Below, in pieces: positions 39,794-51,273 of a stretch of 64,000 bases of DNA. Source of the stretch: Haloarculaceae archaeon. GTDB taxonomy: Archaea; Halobacteriota; Halobacteria; Halobacteriales; Haloarculaceae. Every line of letters starts with the position of its first letter. The first letter of the stretch is position 1. The stretch covers positions 2,744 through 66,743 of the forward strand of contig SKTU01000009.1 in assembly GCA_007122455.1 (NCBI GenBank), given 5' to 3'. The notes beneath the pieces were generated by a model. That model saw nothing but the letters and a program-made list of their open reading frames with translations. It had not been told where the DNA came from and ran no database searches. A program made the translations under genes and the position numbers.

Positions 39794-40501
39794 ATGCACG
39801 TCGACTACGAGTTCGCCGATTCGGTAGCGGTCGTTACGGGTGCCAGCGGAGCGCTCGGAAGCGCGGTTGCAGCGGCGTTCGACGCCGCCGGTGCGACGGT
39901 CGCGGCGATCGACGTCGTCGCACCGAGCGACGAGGACGCCCTGCTCAACCCGGATACCGCCGCGTTTTACGAAGCAGATCTCACCGACGAGATGGCCGTC
40001 GGCGACGCCATCGAGGCGATCGTCGACGACCACGGACGGATCGACGCACTCTGCAACGTTGCCGGCACGTGGCGCGGCGGGGAGCCGATCGAGGAGACCG
40101 ATCTCGAGGAGTTCGAGCTACTGTTCGACGTGAACCTCAAGAGCATGTTTCTGACGTCGAAGCACGCGTTACCGCATCTGCAGAACTCCGAGGGAGCGAT
40201 CGTCTCCGTGTCGGCGCGCTCTTCGCTGGAGGGTGGCGAGGGCGATGGCCCCTACCGGGCGGCGAAAGCCGGCGTCCGGCTCCTCACGGAGACGATCGCC
40301 GAGGAGAACCGTGGAACTGTCCGGGCGAACGCGGTGCTTCCGAGTGTCATCGACACGCCGATGAACCGGGAGATGATGCCCGACGCTGACCACGACGCCT
40401 GGGTCGATCCCGCCGAGATCGCCGACGTCGTGCTGTTCCTCTGCTCGGAAGGGGCTGCGGTGACGAGCGGCGCGGCCGTCCCGGTCTACGGCGAGGCCTG
40501 A
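39794..40501 (+). CDS. SDR-family oxidoreductase
   Basis: TGASGALG, YRAAK and NAVLPSVIDT motifs. Confidence 0.9.
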   Translation: MHVDYEFADSVAVVTGASGALGSAVAAAFDAAGATVAAIDVVAPSDEDALLNPDTAAFYEADLTDEMAVGDAIEAIVDDHGRIDALCNVAGTWRGGEPIEETDLEEFELLFDVNLKSMFLTSKHALPHLQNSEGAIVSVSARSSLEGGEGDGPYRAAKAGVRLLTETIAEENRGTVRANAVLPSVIDTPMNREMMPDADHDAWVDPAEIADVVLFLCSEGAAVTSGAAVPVYGEA

Positions 40502-42765
40502 TCCGGCGTCTCCGGCTCGACGTCCGAGAGCCGCATCGCGTTCCCGGTGACCGCGAGGCTCATTCCCATGTCACCAATCAATACCGCGTGAATCACGGTG
40601 ACAATCCCGAACGGTGCACCGATCGCGAGCACCGCCTTCATTCCGAGGCTCGACCAGACGTTCTGTCGAATCACCCGATTCGATCCCCGCGAGAGCCGGT
40701 AGAGATACGGGAGCCGGCTCAGGTCGTCGCTCATGAGCGCGATGTCCGCGGTTTCGAGCGCGGTATCGGTGCCTGCTGCACCCATCGCGACGCCGACACT
40801 CGAGACGGCGAGTGCGGGCGCGTCGTTGACGCCGTCGCCGACCATCGTCACCGGCCCGTGGTCGGCTTCGAGCTGTTCGATCCGATTCAGTTTCTCCTCT
40901 GGGAGCAGCTCCGCGTGGTACTCCTCGATCCCGACCGCGTCGGCGATCGCCCGCGCAGTCCCCCGGTTATCGCCCGTGAGCATGACGACTCGGATGTCCT
41001 GCTCCCGGAGTCTGGACACCGTCCACTCGGCCTCCGGACGCGGCTGGTCGGCGATCGCGATCACCCCGAGCAACCGTTCGCCGGTTCCGACGAGGATGAC
41101 CGTCTTGCCCGCGGATTGTAGCGGCGGAACGGCCTCCTCGACGACGTCGAGGCAGTCCATCTCGCCGCATCCCTCCGGTGGTTGGGTGACGGGCTCTCCG
41201 CCATCAGTTTTCGCGTGTGCGTGCCGGAGATCGACGGATAGCTCCTCGAACAGTGCGGGTTTTCCGACGTAGTGGATCGTGCCGTCGAGTGTCGCCGAGA
41301 CGCCCTCTCCCGGATGGGACTCGAACGCGTCGACGTCGAACGCTCCGGAGGCCTCCGGATGAGATTCGGCCCGATCGACGATCGCCGCACCGATCGGGTG
41401 CTCGCTTCGGCGCTCGACAGCGGCGGCCCGGGCCAACAGCTCACCTTCACTCGTTCCGTTCAGCGGTACGACGTCGGTCACCGTCAGCTCTCCCGTCGTC
41501 AGCGTCCCCGTCTTGTCGATCGCGACGACGCGAGTCTCGCTGACGGCTTCGAGATACCGGCCGCTCTTTATGAGGACGCCGTTTCGGGCTGCGCTCGTGA
41601 TGCCGGAGACGACGCTCACCGGCGTCGAAATCACGAAGGCGCACGGACAGGCGATGACGAGGAGCGTCAATCCCCTGAGGAACCACGTGTTCCACGCCCA
41701 GCCGAACGCGAGCGGCGGGACGACCATGACTGAGAGTGCAATCGCGACGACGATCGGTGTGTAGACGCTCGCGAGCCGGTCGACGAACTGTTCCCGTTCC
41801 GTCTTTTCGCTCTGGGCGTCCTCGACGAGCCGAACGATCCGCGCGATCGTCGATTCGTCCGCAACGGTCGTCGCCTCGATCTCGAGATACCCTCCCTCGT
41901 TGATCGTTCCGGCGTAGACGTCGTCCCCGTCGATTTTATCGACCGGTGTACTCTCCCCGGTGATCGGTGCCTGATCGACCGCGCTCGAACCGGCCGCGAC
42001 GATCCCGTCGGTCGGAATCTTCTCGCCGGGCCTGAGGATCACCGTCTCGCCGACGGCGACGTCCGTGGCCGGGACGGTCACCTCTTCGCCGTCCCGTCGA
42101 ACTGTCGCCGTCTCGGGAGAAAGCTCCATCAGCTCTCGCAGAGATCCCCGTGCCCGGTCCATCGAAAATCGCTCGAGCAACACCGCGGTACTGAAAAGCA
42201 CCGCGAGCATCGCTCCCTCGAACGGGTGGTGTGTCGCGACGGAGCCGACGATGCCGGCTGTCATCAGGAAATCGATGTCGAGGCTGTAGTTACGTGCCGA
42301 GTAGTAGCCGTTCCGGACGATCGGAGCGCCGGCGATTGCGGCGCTCGCGACGAAGAGGACGTGAGACGTACGGTACTGCCGACCGAGCAGCTCGAAGAGC
42401 TGCGGATCGATCGCCGGAGTGACGAAGTGGAGCACCATCCCCACGGCGAGTCCCACCGCACCCACCAGTGTCCCAACGCCCCGCTTACTGCGCCAGACCT
42501 CCCGAGGCGAGCCGAGCGCTCGCTGTCCCTCGGTCGGTGTGACAGCGTACCCTGCCGCCTCGATTCGGCGGCGAATGGAGCCGTCGTCGACGGCGTCCGC
42601 GCGGGTCGTGACGACGAGACGACCGGTCGCCGGCTGGGCGTCGACGCTGACGATGCCGTCGAGCCGCTCGACGCTACTCGTCACCTTCGACGCGCAGGAC
42701 GCACAGTCCATCTCGGGAACGCGGTACTGGCGAACCCGTTCGTCTCCCTCGGCTGATCCAGTCAC
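40486..42765 (-). CDS. cadA: heavy-metal P1B-type ATPase (Zn/Cd/Pb)
   Basis: MDCASC HMA domain; TGES, CPC, DKTGT, HP and GDGVND motifs. Confidence 0.93.
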   Translation of the reverse strand: MTGSAEGDERVRQYRVPEMDCASCASKVTSSVERLDGIVSVDAQPATGRLVVTTRADAVDDGSIRRRIEAAGYAVTPTEGQRALGSPREVWRSKRGVGTLVGAVGLAVGMVLHFVTPAIDPQLFELLGRQYRTSHVLFVASAAIAGAPIVRNGYYSARNYSLDIDFLMTAGIVGSVATHHPFEGAMLAVLFSTAVLLERFSMDRARGSLRELMELSPETATVRRDGEEVTVPATDVAVGETVILRPGEKIPTDGIVAAGSSAVDQAPITGESTPVDKIDGDDVYAGTINEGGYLEIEATTVADESTIARIVRLVEDAQSEKTEREQFVDRLASVYTPIVVAIALSVMVVPPLAFGWAWNTWFLRGLTLLVIACPCAFVISTPVSVVSGITSAARNGVLIKSGRYLEAVSETRVVAIDKTGTLTTGELTVTDVVPLNGTSEGELLARAAAVERRSEHPIGAAIVDRAESHPEASGAFDVDAFESHPGEGVSATLDGTIHYVGKPALFEELSVDLRHAHAKTDGGEPVTQPPEGCGEMDCLDVVEEAVPPLQSAGKTVILVGTGERLLGVIAIADQPRPEAEWTVSRLREQDIRVVMLTGDNRGTARAIADAVGIEEYHAELLPEEKLNRIEQLEADHGPVTMVGDGVNDAPALAVSSVGVAMGAAGTDTALETADIALMSDDLSRLPYLYRLSRGSNRVIRQNVWSSLGMKAVLAIGAPFGIVTVIHAVLIGDMGMSLAVTGNAMRLSDVEPETPDQASP

Positions 42766-42823
42766 TACCCCTCCGTAGTCCGGTTACGGGGATAGATGTT
42801 GTTCGGTGTGCACCAACTCGGGG

Positions 42824-43573
42824 TCAGCCGTCGGCCTGTAGCGACTCAAGCGACGTATCCGATTCGACGAACGCCGTGACGAGTCGGGCTTCTGCCCGGC
42901 GAAGCCGGTAGGAGAGCGTCGACTGGGGGACCTCCAGTGCTTCGGCCAGCGTTTCGAGGTCGATCCGCCGTGGCGTCTCGTAGTACCCTCGATCGACCGC
43001 CGCGTGGAGCGCCCGTCGCTGCTCGGCGGGCAGACCGAGGGACTGGCTATCCGTTCGATCACCGCTAGGTGTGTGATCCGTGAGGCGAAGGAGCTCCATT
43101 CCTCCGACGTCCGCGATCTCGGCTCGGAGCGCATCGACGAACGATCCGATCGACTCTCCCCCGGCGAGGACGATCCGCCAGACGTAGCTTCGACCGACCT
43201 GCCGGGTTTCGAAGAGAAGCCCCTCACCGAGATGCTCGAGGGCGAGATGTGGAACCGACGTACAGACGTCCGAGCGCTCCCAGACGCAGTAGATCACGAG
43301 CGAGCCGTCCGTCCGATCGAGTACGCGCGTCTCCGAGTTCGCCTCGCAGTCGTGAGTGACGAGACAGTCGGGGAAGTAGTCGGCAGCCTCGTAGGCAGTG
43401 CTCACTGCGTCGAGTGCCGACGGCGGCCCGGAGACGAGATCGACCCGCCACAGCCTTTCGGCGGTCACGTGACAGGAGAGCGATCGAACCGTCGCGTCGG
43501 GATACTCGGCCAGCGCGTCGGCGACCGGATTCCATCCCGGCCGATAGTCGAGTTCGAAGACGAGCTCCCGCAT
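42824..43573 (-). CDS. Bat-like HTH-10 transcriptional regulator
   Basis: C-terminal QRRALHAAVDRGYYETPR..LAEAL..STLSYRLRRAE. Confidence 0.88.
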   Translation of the reverse strand: MRELVFELDYRPGWNPVADALAEYPDATVRSLSCHVTAERLWRVDLVSGPPSALDAVSTAYEAADYFPDCLVTHDCEANSETRVLDRTDGSLVIYCVWERSDVCTSVPHLALEHLGEGLLFETRQVGRSYVWRIVLAGGESIGSFVDALRAEIADVGGMELLRLTDHTPSGDRTDSQSLGLPAEQRRALHAAVDRGYYETPRRIDLETLAEALEVPQSTLSYRLRRAEARLVTAFVESDTSLESLQADG

Positions 43574-43686
43574 ACGTACGTGTTGGCGCTCGCGGGCTAA
43601 AACGTCCCCGTCCGACCGACCCCTCACGAACGACCGATAGCGGAAGCCCTTTTTCGCCCCTCCCCGTCCCCTCGCCAAGGCCGGCC

Positions 43687-45237
43687 ATGACGATGGATGA
43701 CAAGATAGACGAGTTACGCGAGAAGAAGCGCGACGCCGAACGAGGGGGTGGCGAAGAGCGGATCGAGTCCCAACACGAGAAGGGGAAGATGACCGCACGG
43801 GAGCGGATCGACTACTTCCTCGACGACGGCAGCTTCGAGGAGTTCGACCAGCTGAAGACCCACCGGTCGACGAACTTCGACATGGCGGACGATCATCCGT
43901 ACGGTGACGGCGTTGTCACCGGATACGGGGAGGTCGACGGCCGAACGGTGTTCGTCTTCGCCCACGACTTTACGGTTTTCGGCGGTTCGCTCGGGGAAGC
44001 CTTCGCCGAGAAGGTCTGTAAAGTGATGGATCGGGCCCTCGAGACCGGCGCGCCGATCATCGGACTCAACGATTCGGCGGGGGCGAGAATTCAGGAAGGG
44101 ATCGACTCCCTCGCCGGCTACGCGGACATCTTCCACCGCAACCAGAAGGCTTCCGGCGTCGTCCCGCAGATCTCCGCGATCATGGGACCGTGCGCCGGTG
44201 GCGCCGTCTACTCGCCCGCAATCACCGACTTCATCTTCATGGTCGAGGAGACGAGCCACATGTTCATCACCGGTCCCGACGTCATCGAGACGGTGACCGG
44301 CGAGGAGGTCGGATTCGAGGAACTCGGCGGGGCGAGCACCCACACCGCCGAGACCGGCGTCGCTCACTTCTCGGCGGAGGCCGAGAAGAACTCGCTCGAC
44401 GACATCCGCCGACTGCTCTCGTATCTCCCGCAGAACAACGTCGAGGATCCGCCGGCCGTCGACCCGTGGGACGACCCCGATCGTCGCGACGAGGAGCTCA
44501 CGAACATCGTTCCGAACGCCCCGCAGAAACCGTACGACATCGTCGACGTCATCGACCGGGTGATCGACGAGGAATCGTTCTTCGAGGTCGCCGAGGGGTA
44601 CGCGCGGAACCTCGTCACTGGGTTCGGGCGGCTCGACGGCCGGCCGATCGGTATCGTCGCCAACCAGCCGCGAGTCAACGCCGGCACGCTCGACATCGAC
44701 GCCTCGCTGAAGGGATCGCGGTTCGTCCGGTTCTGCGACGCGTTCAACGTCCCGATACTCACCTTCGTCGACGTGCCGGGATTCATGCCGGGAACCGACC
44801 AGGAGCACAACGGGATCATCAAACACGGGGCCAAACTGCTGTACGCCTACTCGGAGGCGACAGTTCCCCTCCTGACAGTCATCACGCGAAAGGCGTACGG
44901 CGGTGCCTACGACGTGATGGCCTCGAAACACCTGGAGGCCGACGTCAACTACGCGTGGCCGACTGCGGAGATCGCAGTGATGGGACCGCGGGGAGCCGTC
45001 AACATCCTCTATCGGGACGAACTGGCCGCAGCCGACGACGTCGAGGAGCGACGACAGCAACTGATCGACGAGTACCGGGACGCGTTCGCGAACCCCTACA
45101 CTGCAGCCGAGCGCGGCTTCGTCGACGACGTGCTCGAACCGCCGGAGACGCGTCCGCGCCTGATCAGAGATCTCCGGATGCTCGAATCGAAGCGGAAGGA
45201 GGCGCCGGATCGAAAGCACGGGAACATCCCGCTATGA
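43687..45237 (+). CDS. pccB: acyl-CoA carboxylase carboxyltransferase subunit
   Basis: [27 protein letters not shown] and KHGNIPL motifs. Confidence 0.95.
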   Translation: MTMDDKIDELREKKRDAERGGGEERIESQHEKGKMTARERIDYFLDDGSFEEFDQLKTHRSTNFDMADDHPYGDGVVTGYGEVDGRTVFVFAHDFTVFGGSLGEAFAEKVCKVMDRALETGAPIIGLNDSAGARIQEGIDSLAGYADIFHRNQKASGVVPQISAIMGPCAGGAVYSPAITDFIFMVEETSHMFITGPDVIETVTGEEVGFEELGGASTHTAETGVAHFSAEAEKNSLDDIRRLLSYLPQNNVEDPPAVDPWDDPDRRDEELTNIVPNAPQKPYDIVDVIDRVIDEESFFEVAEGYARNLVTGFGRLDGRPIGIVANQPRVNAGTLDIDASLKGSRFVRFCDAFNVPILTFVDVPGFMPGTDQEHNGIIKHGAKLLYAYSEATVPLLTVITRKAYGGAYDVMASKHLEADVNYAWPTAEIAVMGPRGAVNILYRDELAAADDVEERRQQLIDEYRDAFANPYTAAERGFVDDVLEPPETRPRLIRDLRMLESKRKEAPDRKHGNIPL

Positions 45238-45473
45238 GGGTCGAACTCCCCGAGAGCGCGACTGCCGACGAGGCGGCCGCCATCGTCGCCGCAGTCGACG
45301 CACACCTCTCGTCGACGGGCGACGACGAAGCCGAATCGACGTGGGACGGTGCGCGGTTCCGGTTCGCTGGTCGCATCGAAACGTTGCAGGATCGACGGGT
45401 CCGCGTTCCCGACGGTGCGCCGACCGACGCCTGGTCGGCGGCCGGTCGAACCGATCGGATGGCGCGGCGGTAA
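45234..45473 (+). CDS. pccX: acyl-CoA carboxylase small (epsilon-like) subunit
   Basis: [35 protein letters not shown]; ATGA-coupled between pccB and pccA. Confidence 0.82.
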   Translation: MRVELPESATADEAAAIVAAVDAHLSSTGDDEAESTWDGARFRFAGRIETLQDRRVRVPDGAPTDAWSAAGRTDRMARR

Positions 45474-45526
45474 CTGCCCTCGGAACCGATAGAATCACAA
45501 GTTCGCCGCGGGTGGTGGCTCACACG

Positions 45527-47308
45527 ATGTTTGATAAGGTACTCGTCGCCAATCGGGGTGAAATCGCCGTGCGCGTCATGCGCGCCTGCGAGGACCTCGG
45601 GGTCGATACCGTCGCCGTCTACAGCGAGGCGGACAAACACGGCGGCCACACCCGGTACGCCGACGAGGCGTACAACATCGGCCCCGCCAGAGCGGCGGAT
45701 TCCTATCTCGATCACGACGCAGTTATCGAAGCCGCCGAGAAATCCGGCGCGGACGCGATCCATCCGGGATACGGCTTTCTCGCGGAGAACGCCGAGTTCG
45801 CTCGCACGGTCGAAGAGACCGCGGGCCTCACGTGGATCGGTCCGTCCGCCGAATCGATGGAGCAGCTCGGCGAGAAGACGAACGCTCGACGGCTGATGAA
45901 CGAGGCGGGCGTCCCGATCGTCCCGGGGACGACCGAGCCCGTCGAGGAGGTCGAGGCAGTCCGGACCTTCGGCGAGGAGAACGGCTACCCGATCGCGATC
46001 AAGGCGGAGGGCGGCGGCGGCGGTCGCGGGATGAAGATCGTACACGAGCCCGAGGAAGCCGAAGACCAGCTCGAAGCCGCAAAGCGGGAGGGAGAGGCAT
46101 ATTTCGACAACGACTCGGTGTATCTCGAACGCTACCTCGAGCGCCCGCGCCACATCGAAGTCCAGATCCTCGCCGACGAACACGGCAACGTCCGTCACCT
46201 CGGAGAGCGGGACTGTTCGCTACAGCGCCGCCACCAGAAGGTCATCGAGGAGGGGCCCTCGCCGGCTCTCGACGACGATCTGCGGGAGGAAATCGGAGAG
46301 GCGGCCAGACGCGGCGTCGCCGAGTCGGCGTACGTCAACGCTGGAACCGTCGAGTTCCTCGTCGAGAACGGCGAGTTCTACTTTCTGGAGGTCAACACGC
46401 GGATCCAGGTCGAGCACTGCGTCACCGAGGAGCTGACCGGAATCGACATCGTCAAGTGGCAGCTCCGGGTCGCCGCTGGCGAGGAACTGACGTTCGAGCA
46501 GAGCGACGTCGAGCTGGACGGTCACGCGATAGAGTTCCGAATCAACGCCGAGAACGCCGCCGACGGGTTCGCGCCAGCCTCGGGCGGATCGCTGACGACG
46601 TACGACCCGCCGGGCGGGATCGGAGTCCGGCTGGACGACGCGCTCCGGCAGGGTGAGGACCTCGTCACCGACTACGACTCGATGGTCGCGAAGCTGATCG
46701 TCCACGGCAAAGACCGTGAGGAGTGCATCGCACGCTCGAAGCGAGCCCTCGCGGAGTACGATATCGAGGGAATCGTGACGATCATCCCGTTCCACCGGCT
46801 GATGCTCGACGACGAGACGTTCGTCGCCGGCGATCACTCGACGAAATACCTCGACGAGGAACTCGACCGGAGCCGACTCGAGGAGGCGCAGGCGAAGTGG
46901 GGGACGGAGACTGTCGACGGCGACGACGACTCCGTGGTCGAACGGGAGTTCACCGTCGAAGTGAACGGGAAGCGCTTCGAGGTGAACCTCGAGGACAGAA
47001 GCGGGGCGCTGGCGACCGGCGGGTCGGCACCCTCCCGCCCCGCTTCAGGCGGAAGTGACAACTCGGGCGGTAGCGAACGGTCGGTTCCCGCCGACGGGGA
47101 GGTGATCGCCGCGGAGATGCAGGGAACGATCCTCGACGTCAACGTCGAGGCCGGCGATACGGTCGAGGCAGGCGACGTGATCTGCGTTCTCGAGGCGATG
47201 AAAATGGAAAACGACGTGGTCGCCGAGCGCGGTGGCACGGTTTCGGAGGTCGCCGTCGAGTCGGGACAGTCCGTCGATCAGGGCGACGTCCTCGTCGTTC
47301 TGGAGTGA
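45527..47308 (+). CDS. pccA: biotin carboxylase + biotin carboxyl carrier subunit
   Basis: [36 protein letters not shown]; EAMKM biotinylation site. Confidence 0.95.
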   Translation: MFDKVLVANRGEIAVRVMRACEDLGVDTVAVYSEADKHGGHTRYADEAYNIGPARAADSYLDHDAVIEAAEKSGADAIHPGYGFLAENAEFARTVEETAGLTWIGPSAESMEQLGEKTNARRLMNEAGVPIVPGTTEPVEEVEAVRTFGEENGYPIAIKAEGGGGGRGMKIVHEPEEAEDQLEAAKREGEAYFDNDSVYLERYLERPRHIEVQILADEHGNVRHLGERDCSLQRRHQKVIEEGPSPALDDDLREEIGEAARRGVAESAYVNAGTVEFLVENGEFYFLEVNTRIQVEHCVTEELTGIDIVKWQLRVAAGEELTFEQSDVELDGHAIEFRINAENAADGFAPASGGSLTTYDPPGGIGVRLDDALRQGEDLVTDYDSMVAKLIVHGKDREECIARSKRALAEYDIEGIVTIIPFHRLMLDDETFVAGDHSTKYLDEELDRSRLEEAQAKWGTETVDGDDDSVVEREFTVEVNGKRFEVNLEDRSGALATGGSAPSRPASGGSDNSGGSERSVPADGEVIAAEMQGTILDVNVEAGDTVEAGDVICVLEAMKMENDVVAERGGTVSEVAVESGQSVDQGDVLVVLE

Positions 47309-47390
47309 CCCGGTTCCCCGAGGCCGAGAGACCACTTGAATTAAACCGGCCGACGACGGAATCGGTGACAACGCGACTCGATTGTAACGC

Positions 47391-49025
47391 ATGTCAGGCC
47401 ACTGGTCCGCTTTCGATCCGATCTTCTTGGCGTACCTGCTCCTGTTCGGCGGCGCAGCGGTCGGATGTTTCGTCGCGATTCCACAGCTTCGGCGCCTCCA
47501 CGATCCGGACACTCGTCGGGGGCTCTACGCGCTGCTGTTGATGAGCGGTGGGTGGGCGGCGACGCACGTTGGCTACTTCGCGGCGCCGACGCCGCAACTC
47601 CAGTACGCGTTTTACGTGTTGGGGCTCGTCGTCGGCATCGGAACCGTCGGTCCGTGGCTCTACTTCTGCTCGGCGTACACTGGGCGTACTCTCCACCGGA
47701 ACAGATCGATACGGTGGTCCGCAGTCGCGGTGTATCTCGTCATCGTCACGGTCAAACTAACGAATCCGTTGCACCACCAGTACTTCACGACCGAGACGGC
47801 GACCGATCCGTTTCCACATCTCCTCGTCGTTCACGGATCGCTTCACTGGCTCGCGATGGGATTGGCCTACTCGCTCGCGTTCGTCGGGTTCTTCATGCTG
47901 TTCGAGCTGTTCCTGCGGGTGAACTCGGAGACGGGGCCGCTCTTCGTACTCGTCGGGTTGACCGGATTGCCGATCGTCTTCGACGTCCTCGGCGTTCTGA
48001 CGCCGTATCTGATCAACACGACCTACTCCTCGATCGGCGTCGCTGCGTTCGCGGTCGGGGTGTCGTACTTCTACGTCGATCAGCTACGAACGGTCCAGTT
48101 GGCGGGCGATACGGGAAGTCCGATCGTCGTTCTCGACGACCGGGACCGGATCCGCGATTTCAACGCCGAAGCTCGGCACCTCTTCCCGGACCTCCGGAAC
48201 GGTCTCGGAGAGCCGCTCCACGAACTGCTTCCCGACGTCGCCGAGGCGATCGGAACGGACGAGGACGTTGTAGAGCTGAACGTCGACGGGGCGACCCGGT
48301 ATTACAGCGTCTCCTCGAATCCGCTGACGGCGGACCGAACTCGACTCGGAGAGACGATTCTGATGAACGACGTCACGCATCGCGAGCAGTACCGGCGGTC
48401 GCTCGAGCGACAGAACGAGCGGCTCGATCAGTTCGCCGGAATGGTCTCACACGACCTCCGGAATCCACTGACCGTCGCGAAAGGACGGATCGAGCTCGCG
48501 AAAACGGAGCCCGAGCCGGCGCATCTGGATGCGGCGTCGGAGGCGCTCGATCGGATGAACGAGCTCATCGACGACATCCTCGCGTTGGCTCGACAGGGCA
48601 AAGCGATCGATGCGACGGAGCGGGTGGAGCTGCGAGCGGCCGCAGAGGACGCCTGGCGAATGGTCGACGGGAAGAACGCGACCCTCGAAAGCGAGCCCGC
48701 GTCCGGTGTCGCCGTCGAGGCGGACCCCGAACGGCTCCAGCAACTCCTCGAGAACCTCTTTCGGAACGCCGTCGAACACGGCGGAAGCGACGTTCGGATC
48801 ACCGTCGGGCCGCTTTCGGACGGGTTCTACGTCGCCGACGACGGCAGCGGTATCGACGAATCGGACCGGAACGAAATATTCGGTGCAGGATACACGACAT
48901 CGGCGGACGGAACCGGATTCGGCCTAGCGATCGTCGAGGAGATCATCGACGCACACGGCTGGTCGGTTCGGATCCCGCGAACCGACGACGGCGCACGGTT
49001 CGAAATCCGAACTGGGCAGTCCTAG
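47391..49025 (+). CDS. sensor histidine kinase (7TM N-terminus, PAS-like, HisKA, HATPase)
   Basis: SHDLRNPL, NLFRNAVEH, DDGSGI and GTGFGL motifs. Confidence 0.92.
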   Translation: MSGHWSAFDPIFLAYLLLFGGAAVGCFVAIPQLRRLHDPDTRRGLYALLLMSGGWAATHVGYFAAPTPQLQYAFYVLGLVVGIGTVGPWLYFCSAYTGRTLHRNRSIRWSAVAVYLVIVTVKLTNPLHHQYFTTETATDPFPHLLVVHGSLHWLAMGLAYSLAFVGFFMLFELFLRVNSETGPLFVLVGLTGLPIVFDVLGVLTPYLINTTYSSIGVAAFAVGVSYFYVDQLRTVQLAGDTGSPIVVLDDRDRIRDFNAEARHLFPDLRNGLGEPLHELLPDVAEAIGTDEDVVELNVDGATRYYSVSSNPLTADRTRLGETILMNDVTHREQYRRSLERQNERLDQFAGMVSHDLRNPLTVAKGRIELAKTEPEPAHLDAASEALDRMNELIDDILALARQGKAIDATERVELRAAAEDAWRMVDGKNATLESEPASGVAVEADPERLQQLLENLFRNAVEHGGSDVRITVGPLSDGFYVADDGSGIDESDRNEIFGAGYTTSADGTGFGLAIVEEIIDAHGWSVRIPRTDDGARFEIRTGQS

Positions 49026-49089
49026 CGGAATCGGGGACGGGCACGCTCTATGCGGAGGGAATATATGGCTCCCCAGTCGATCGTGATTT

Positions 49090-49908
49090 ATGGTATCACA
49101 CACGGTAGCGGGCGCCAACGGAACTGAACTCTTCGTCGAGGAAACCGGCGTCGAAGACGGGCCGCCGATACTGTTCATCCACGGCTACTCGCAGTCACAT
49201 CTCTCCTGGACCAAACAGTTCGAGTCAGATCTGGCCGAGGAGTTCCGTCTCGTCGCGATGGACAATCGGGGCCACGGCAACTCGGAGAAGCCGACGGACG
49301 CCTACGCCGACTCGGCGCTGTGGGCCGACGACGTTCAGGCTGTGATCGAGACGCTCGATCTGGAATCGCCGGTGCTCGTGGGGTGGTCCTACGGGGGGTT
49401 GATCATCTCGGACTACCTGGGAGAGTACGGTGACGAGCAGCTCGGCGGGATCAACCTCGTCGGGGCGATCTCGAAGAATGGAACCGACGACGCCCTCGCG
49501 GTCATCGGTGAGCATTTCGTCGAACTGATACCGGGATTCGAATCGACCGAGGCCGAGGAGAGCGTCGAAACGCTCGAGAGGTTTGTCGGACGCTGCATCC
49601 ACGACGAGCCGACGGCGAAGGATCTCGCCTTCATACTCGGCTTTAATGTCATGACCCCGCCCCGCGTTCGCACGGCGCTTCACTCGAGGACGGTTACCCA
49701 CGACGACGACTTGCGGGCGGTAGAGAAGCCGGTCCTCATCACACACGGTGCCGAGGACTCGATCGTCCTTCCGGAGGCGGCGTCCGAACACGCGTCGTTG
49801 ATCGACACCGCGGAAACCTCGATCTATCCGGACGTCGGCCACTCGCCGTTCTGGGAGGCACCCGACCGGTTCAACGCCGAACTCCGGGAGTTCGTATCCG
49901 GATTGTAG
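49090..49908 (+). CDS. alpha/beta hydrolase (non-heme haloperoxidase/esterase-like)
   Basis: FIHG, DNRGHG, GWSYGG and GHSPFWE motifs. Confidence 0.9.
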   Translation: MVSHTVAGANGTELFVEETGVEDGPPILFIHGYSQSHLSWTKQFESDLAEEFRLVAMDNRGHGNSEKPTDAYADSALWADDVQAVIETLDLESPVLVGWSYGGLIISDYLGEYGDEQLGGINLVGAISKNGTDDALAVIGEHFVELIPGFESTEAEESVETLERFVGRCIHDEPTAKDLAFILGFNVMTPPRVRTALHSRTVTHDDDLRAVEKPVLITHGAEDSIVLPEAASEHASLIDTAETSIYPDVGHSPFWEAPDRFNAELREFVSGL

Positions 49909-49967
49909 TCGAACGACGGCAGTCACCACACAAAAACACTATCCCTCCCCACCTCGTATTCGAACTA

Positions 49968-50645
49968 ATGCTGAGTGCCGTCATGGAGGACTACATCAAG
50001 GCGATTTACATCCTCGGGGATGACGGAGACGACCGCGTCGGAACGTCGGCGCTCGCCGAGCACCTCGACGTCACGTCGCCGACCGTTTCGAGCATGCTGA
50101 AGAAGCTCGAGTCACACGGGCTCGTCGATCGTGAGGAGTACCGAGGTGTCACGCTCACCGAGGAGGGCGAAGTCGTCGCGCTGGAGATCCTTCGACACCA
50201 CCGACTCCTGGAGTCGTTCCTCACGGAGCAGCTCGACTACGATTGGTCGGAGGTCCACGACGAGGCGGATCGACTCGAACACCACGTCTCCGACGAGCTG
50301 ACCGAGCGTATCGCCGAATCGCTCGGGAACCCCGGCGTCGATCCGCACGGGGACCCGATCCCGGACTCGGAGCTGAGGCTCCCCGACGCCAACGGGACGA
50401 ACCGCCTCGACGACGTCGAAGCCGGAGAACGGGTCGTCGTCCGGCGGATCCGCCACCAGGGCGACGAGGAGCTCAGATACCTCTCCGACGCCGGGATCGA
50501 ACCGGGAACCGAGATCGTCGTCGTGGACGTTGCCCCGTTCGGGATGGTAACCGTCGAAACGCCGGCCGGCAAACAGAGTCTACCGGAGGAGATCGCCCGG
50601 CTCATCGAGACGACGCCGGTCGACGGAGCCGAGGCCGAAGCGTAG
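49968..50645 (+). CDS. sirR: DtxR/MntR-family metal-dependent regulator with FeoA domain
   Basis: MEDYIKAIY, RHHRLLE, EADRLEH and DPHGDPIP; the sirR ortholog assignment is tentative. Confidence 0.85.
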   Translation: MLSAVMEDYIKAIYILGDDGDDRVGTSALAEHLDVTSPTVSSMLKKLESHGLVDREEYRGVTLTEEGEVVALEILRHHRLLESFLTEQLDYDWSEVHDEADRLEHHVSDELTERIAESLGNPGVDPHGDPIPDSELRLPDANGTNRLDDVEAGERVVVRRIRHQGDEELRYLSDAGIEPGTEIVVVDVAPFGMVTVETPAGKQSLPEEIARLIETTPVDGAEAEA

Positions 50646-50647
50646 CG

Positions 50648-50857
50648 TCACTCGAGCGGTCGGATCCCGGAGACCGCCAGCACCGACCGCAGCGTGAGGA
50701 CGACGACGAGCGCACCGCCCAGAAGCATCGTCGGGGCCGACAGGAGTCTCGCGGTGGACGCCGGCACGACGAACCGACTCATCCCCATGATGATAAAGCT
50801 CACCAGAAGCAACCCGAAGGCCGCGATCGAGAGCGCCACGAAGGTGTCCTGCCGCAT
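50648..50857 (-). CDS. small 2-TM membrane protein
   Basis: 69 aa hydrophobic ORF filling the gap downstream of the MTH865 gene. Confidence 0.65.
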   Translation of the reverse strand: MRQDTFVALSIAAFGLLLVSFIIMGMSRFVVPASTARLLSAPTMLLGGALVVVLTLRSVLAVSGIRPLE

Positions 50858-50892
50858 CGACAGAACTCGGAGTGCGTCGACCTAAAGCTTTG

Positions 50893-51144
50893 TCAGATCT
50901 GATCCTCCTCTTCGAGCCCCTCGATCACGTCGTCGACGAGCGCGTCGACGGAGTCGTACGGAAACTCCGCGTCGCCGCCTTTGCTGTTCAGTTCCATGGC
51001 AGTCATCGAGAACTCGCCGGATTCGAACGTCGTCGCCGGCCCGTTCGGCAGCGCCGGGAGGAGATCCATCGGGCTGTTCACCGGGTAGTCGGCACCCTCG
51101 AAGGCGTCGACGAACTGTGCTCGGAGGTCGTCCTTATCGACCAT
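50893..51144 (-). CDS. MTH865-family protein
   Basis: AFEGADYPV..MDLLPALPNGP and FPY motifs. Confidence 0.85.
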   Translation of the reverse strand: MVDKDDLRAQFVDAFEGADYPVNSPMDLLPALPNGPATTFESGEFSMTAMELNSKGGDAEFPYDSVDALVDDVIEGLEEEDQI

Positions 51145-51273
51145 ACCTCAACGATAAACTCACAACTAAATTGTTATTTTCCCGTCCATGACCGGTTCAT
51201 TGAAAAGCACCGTTCGACGCGAACGGGAGGTCCCTCCAGCAGAGTTATCCCGGCGGGCGTCCCGCGAACACTC

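Noticed and set aside
43714-45219. Long antisense or alternative-frame ORFs (also 60068-61897, 35432-36832, 26058-27509, 47465-49108)
   Set aside because: Shadow ORFs expected from high GC3 codon bias; they overlap well-supported genes and are Arg-rich or lack motifs.
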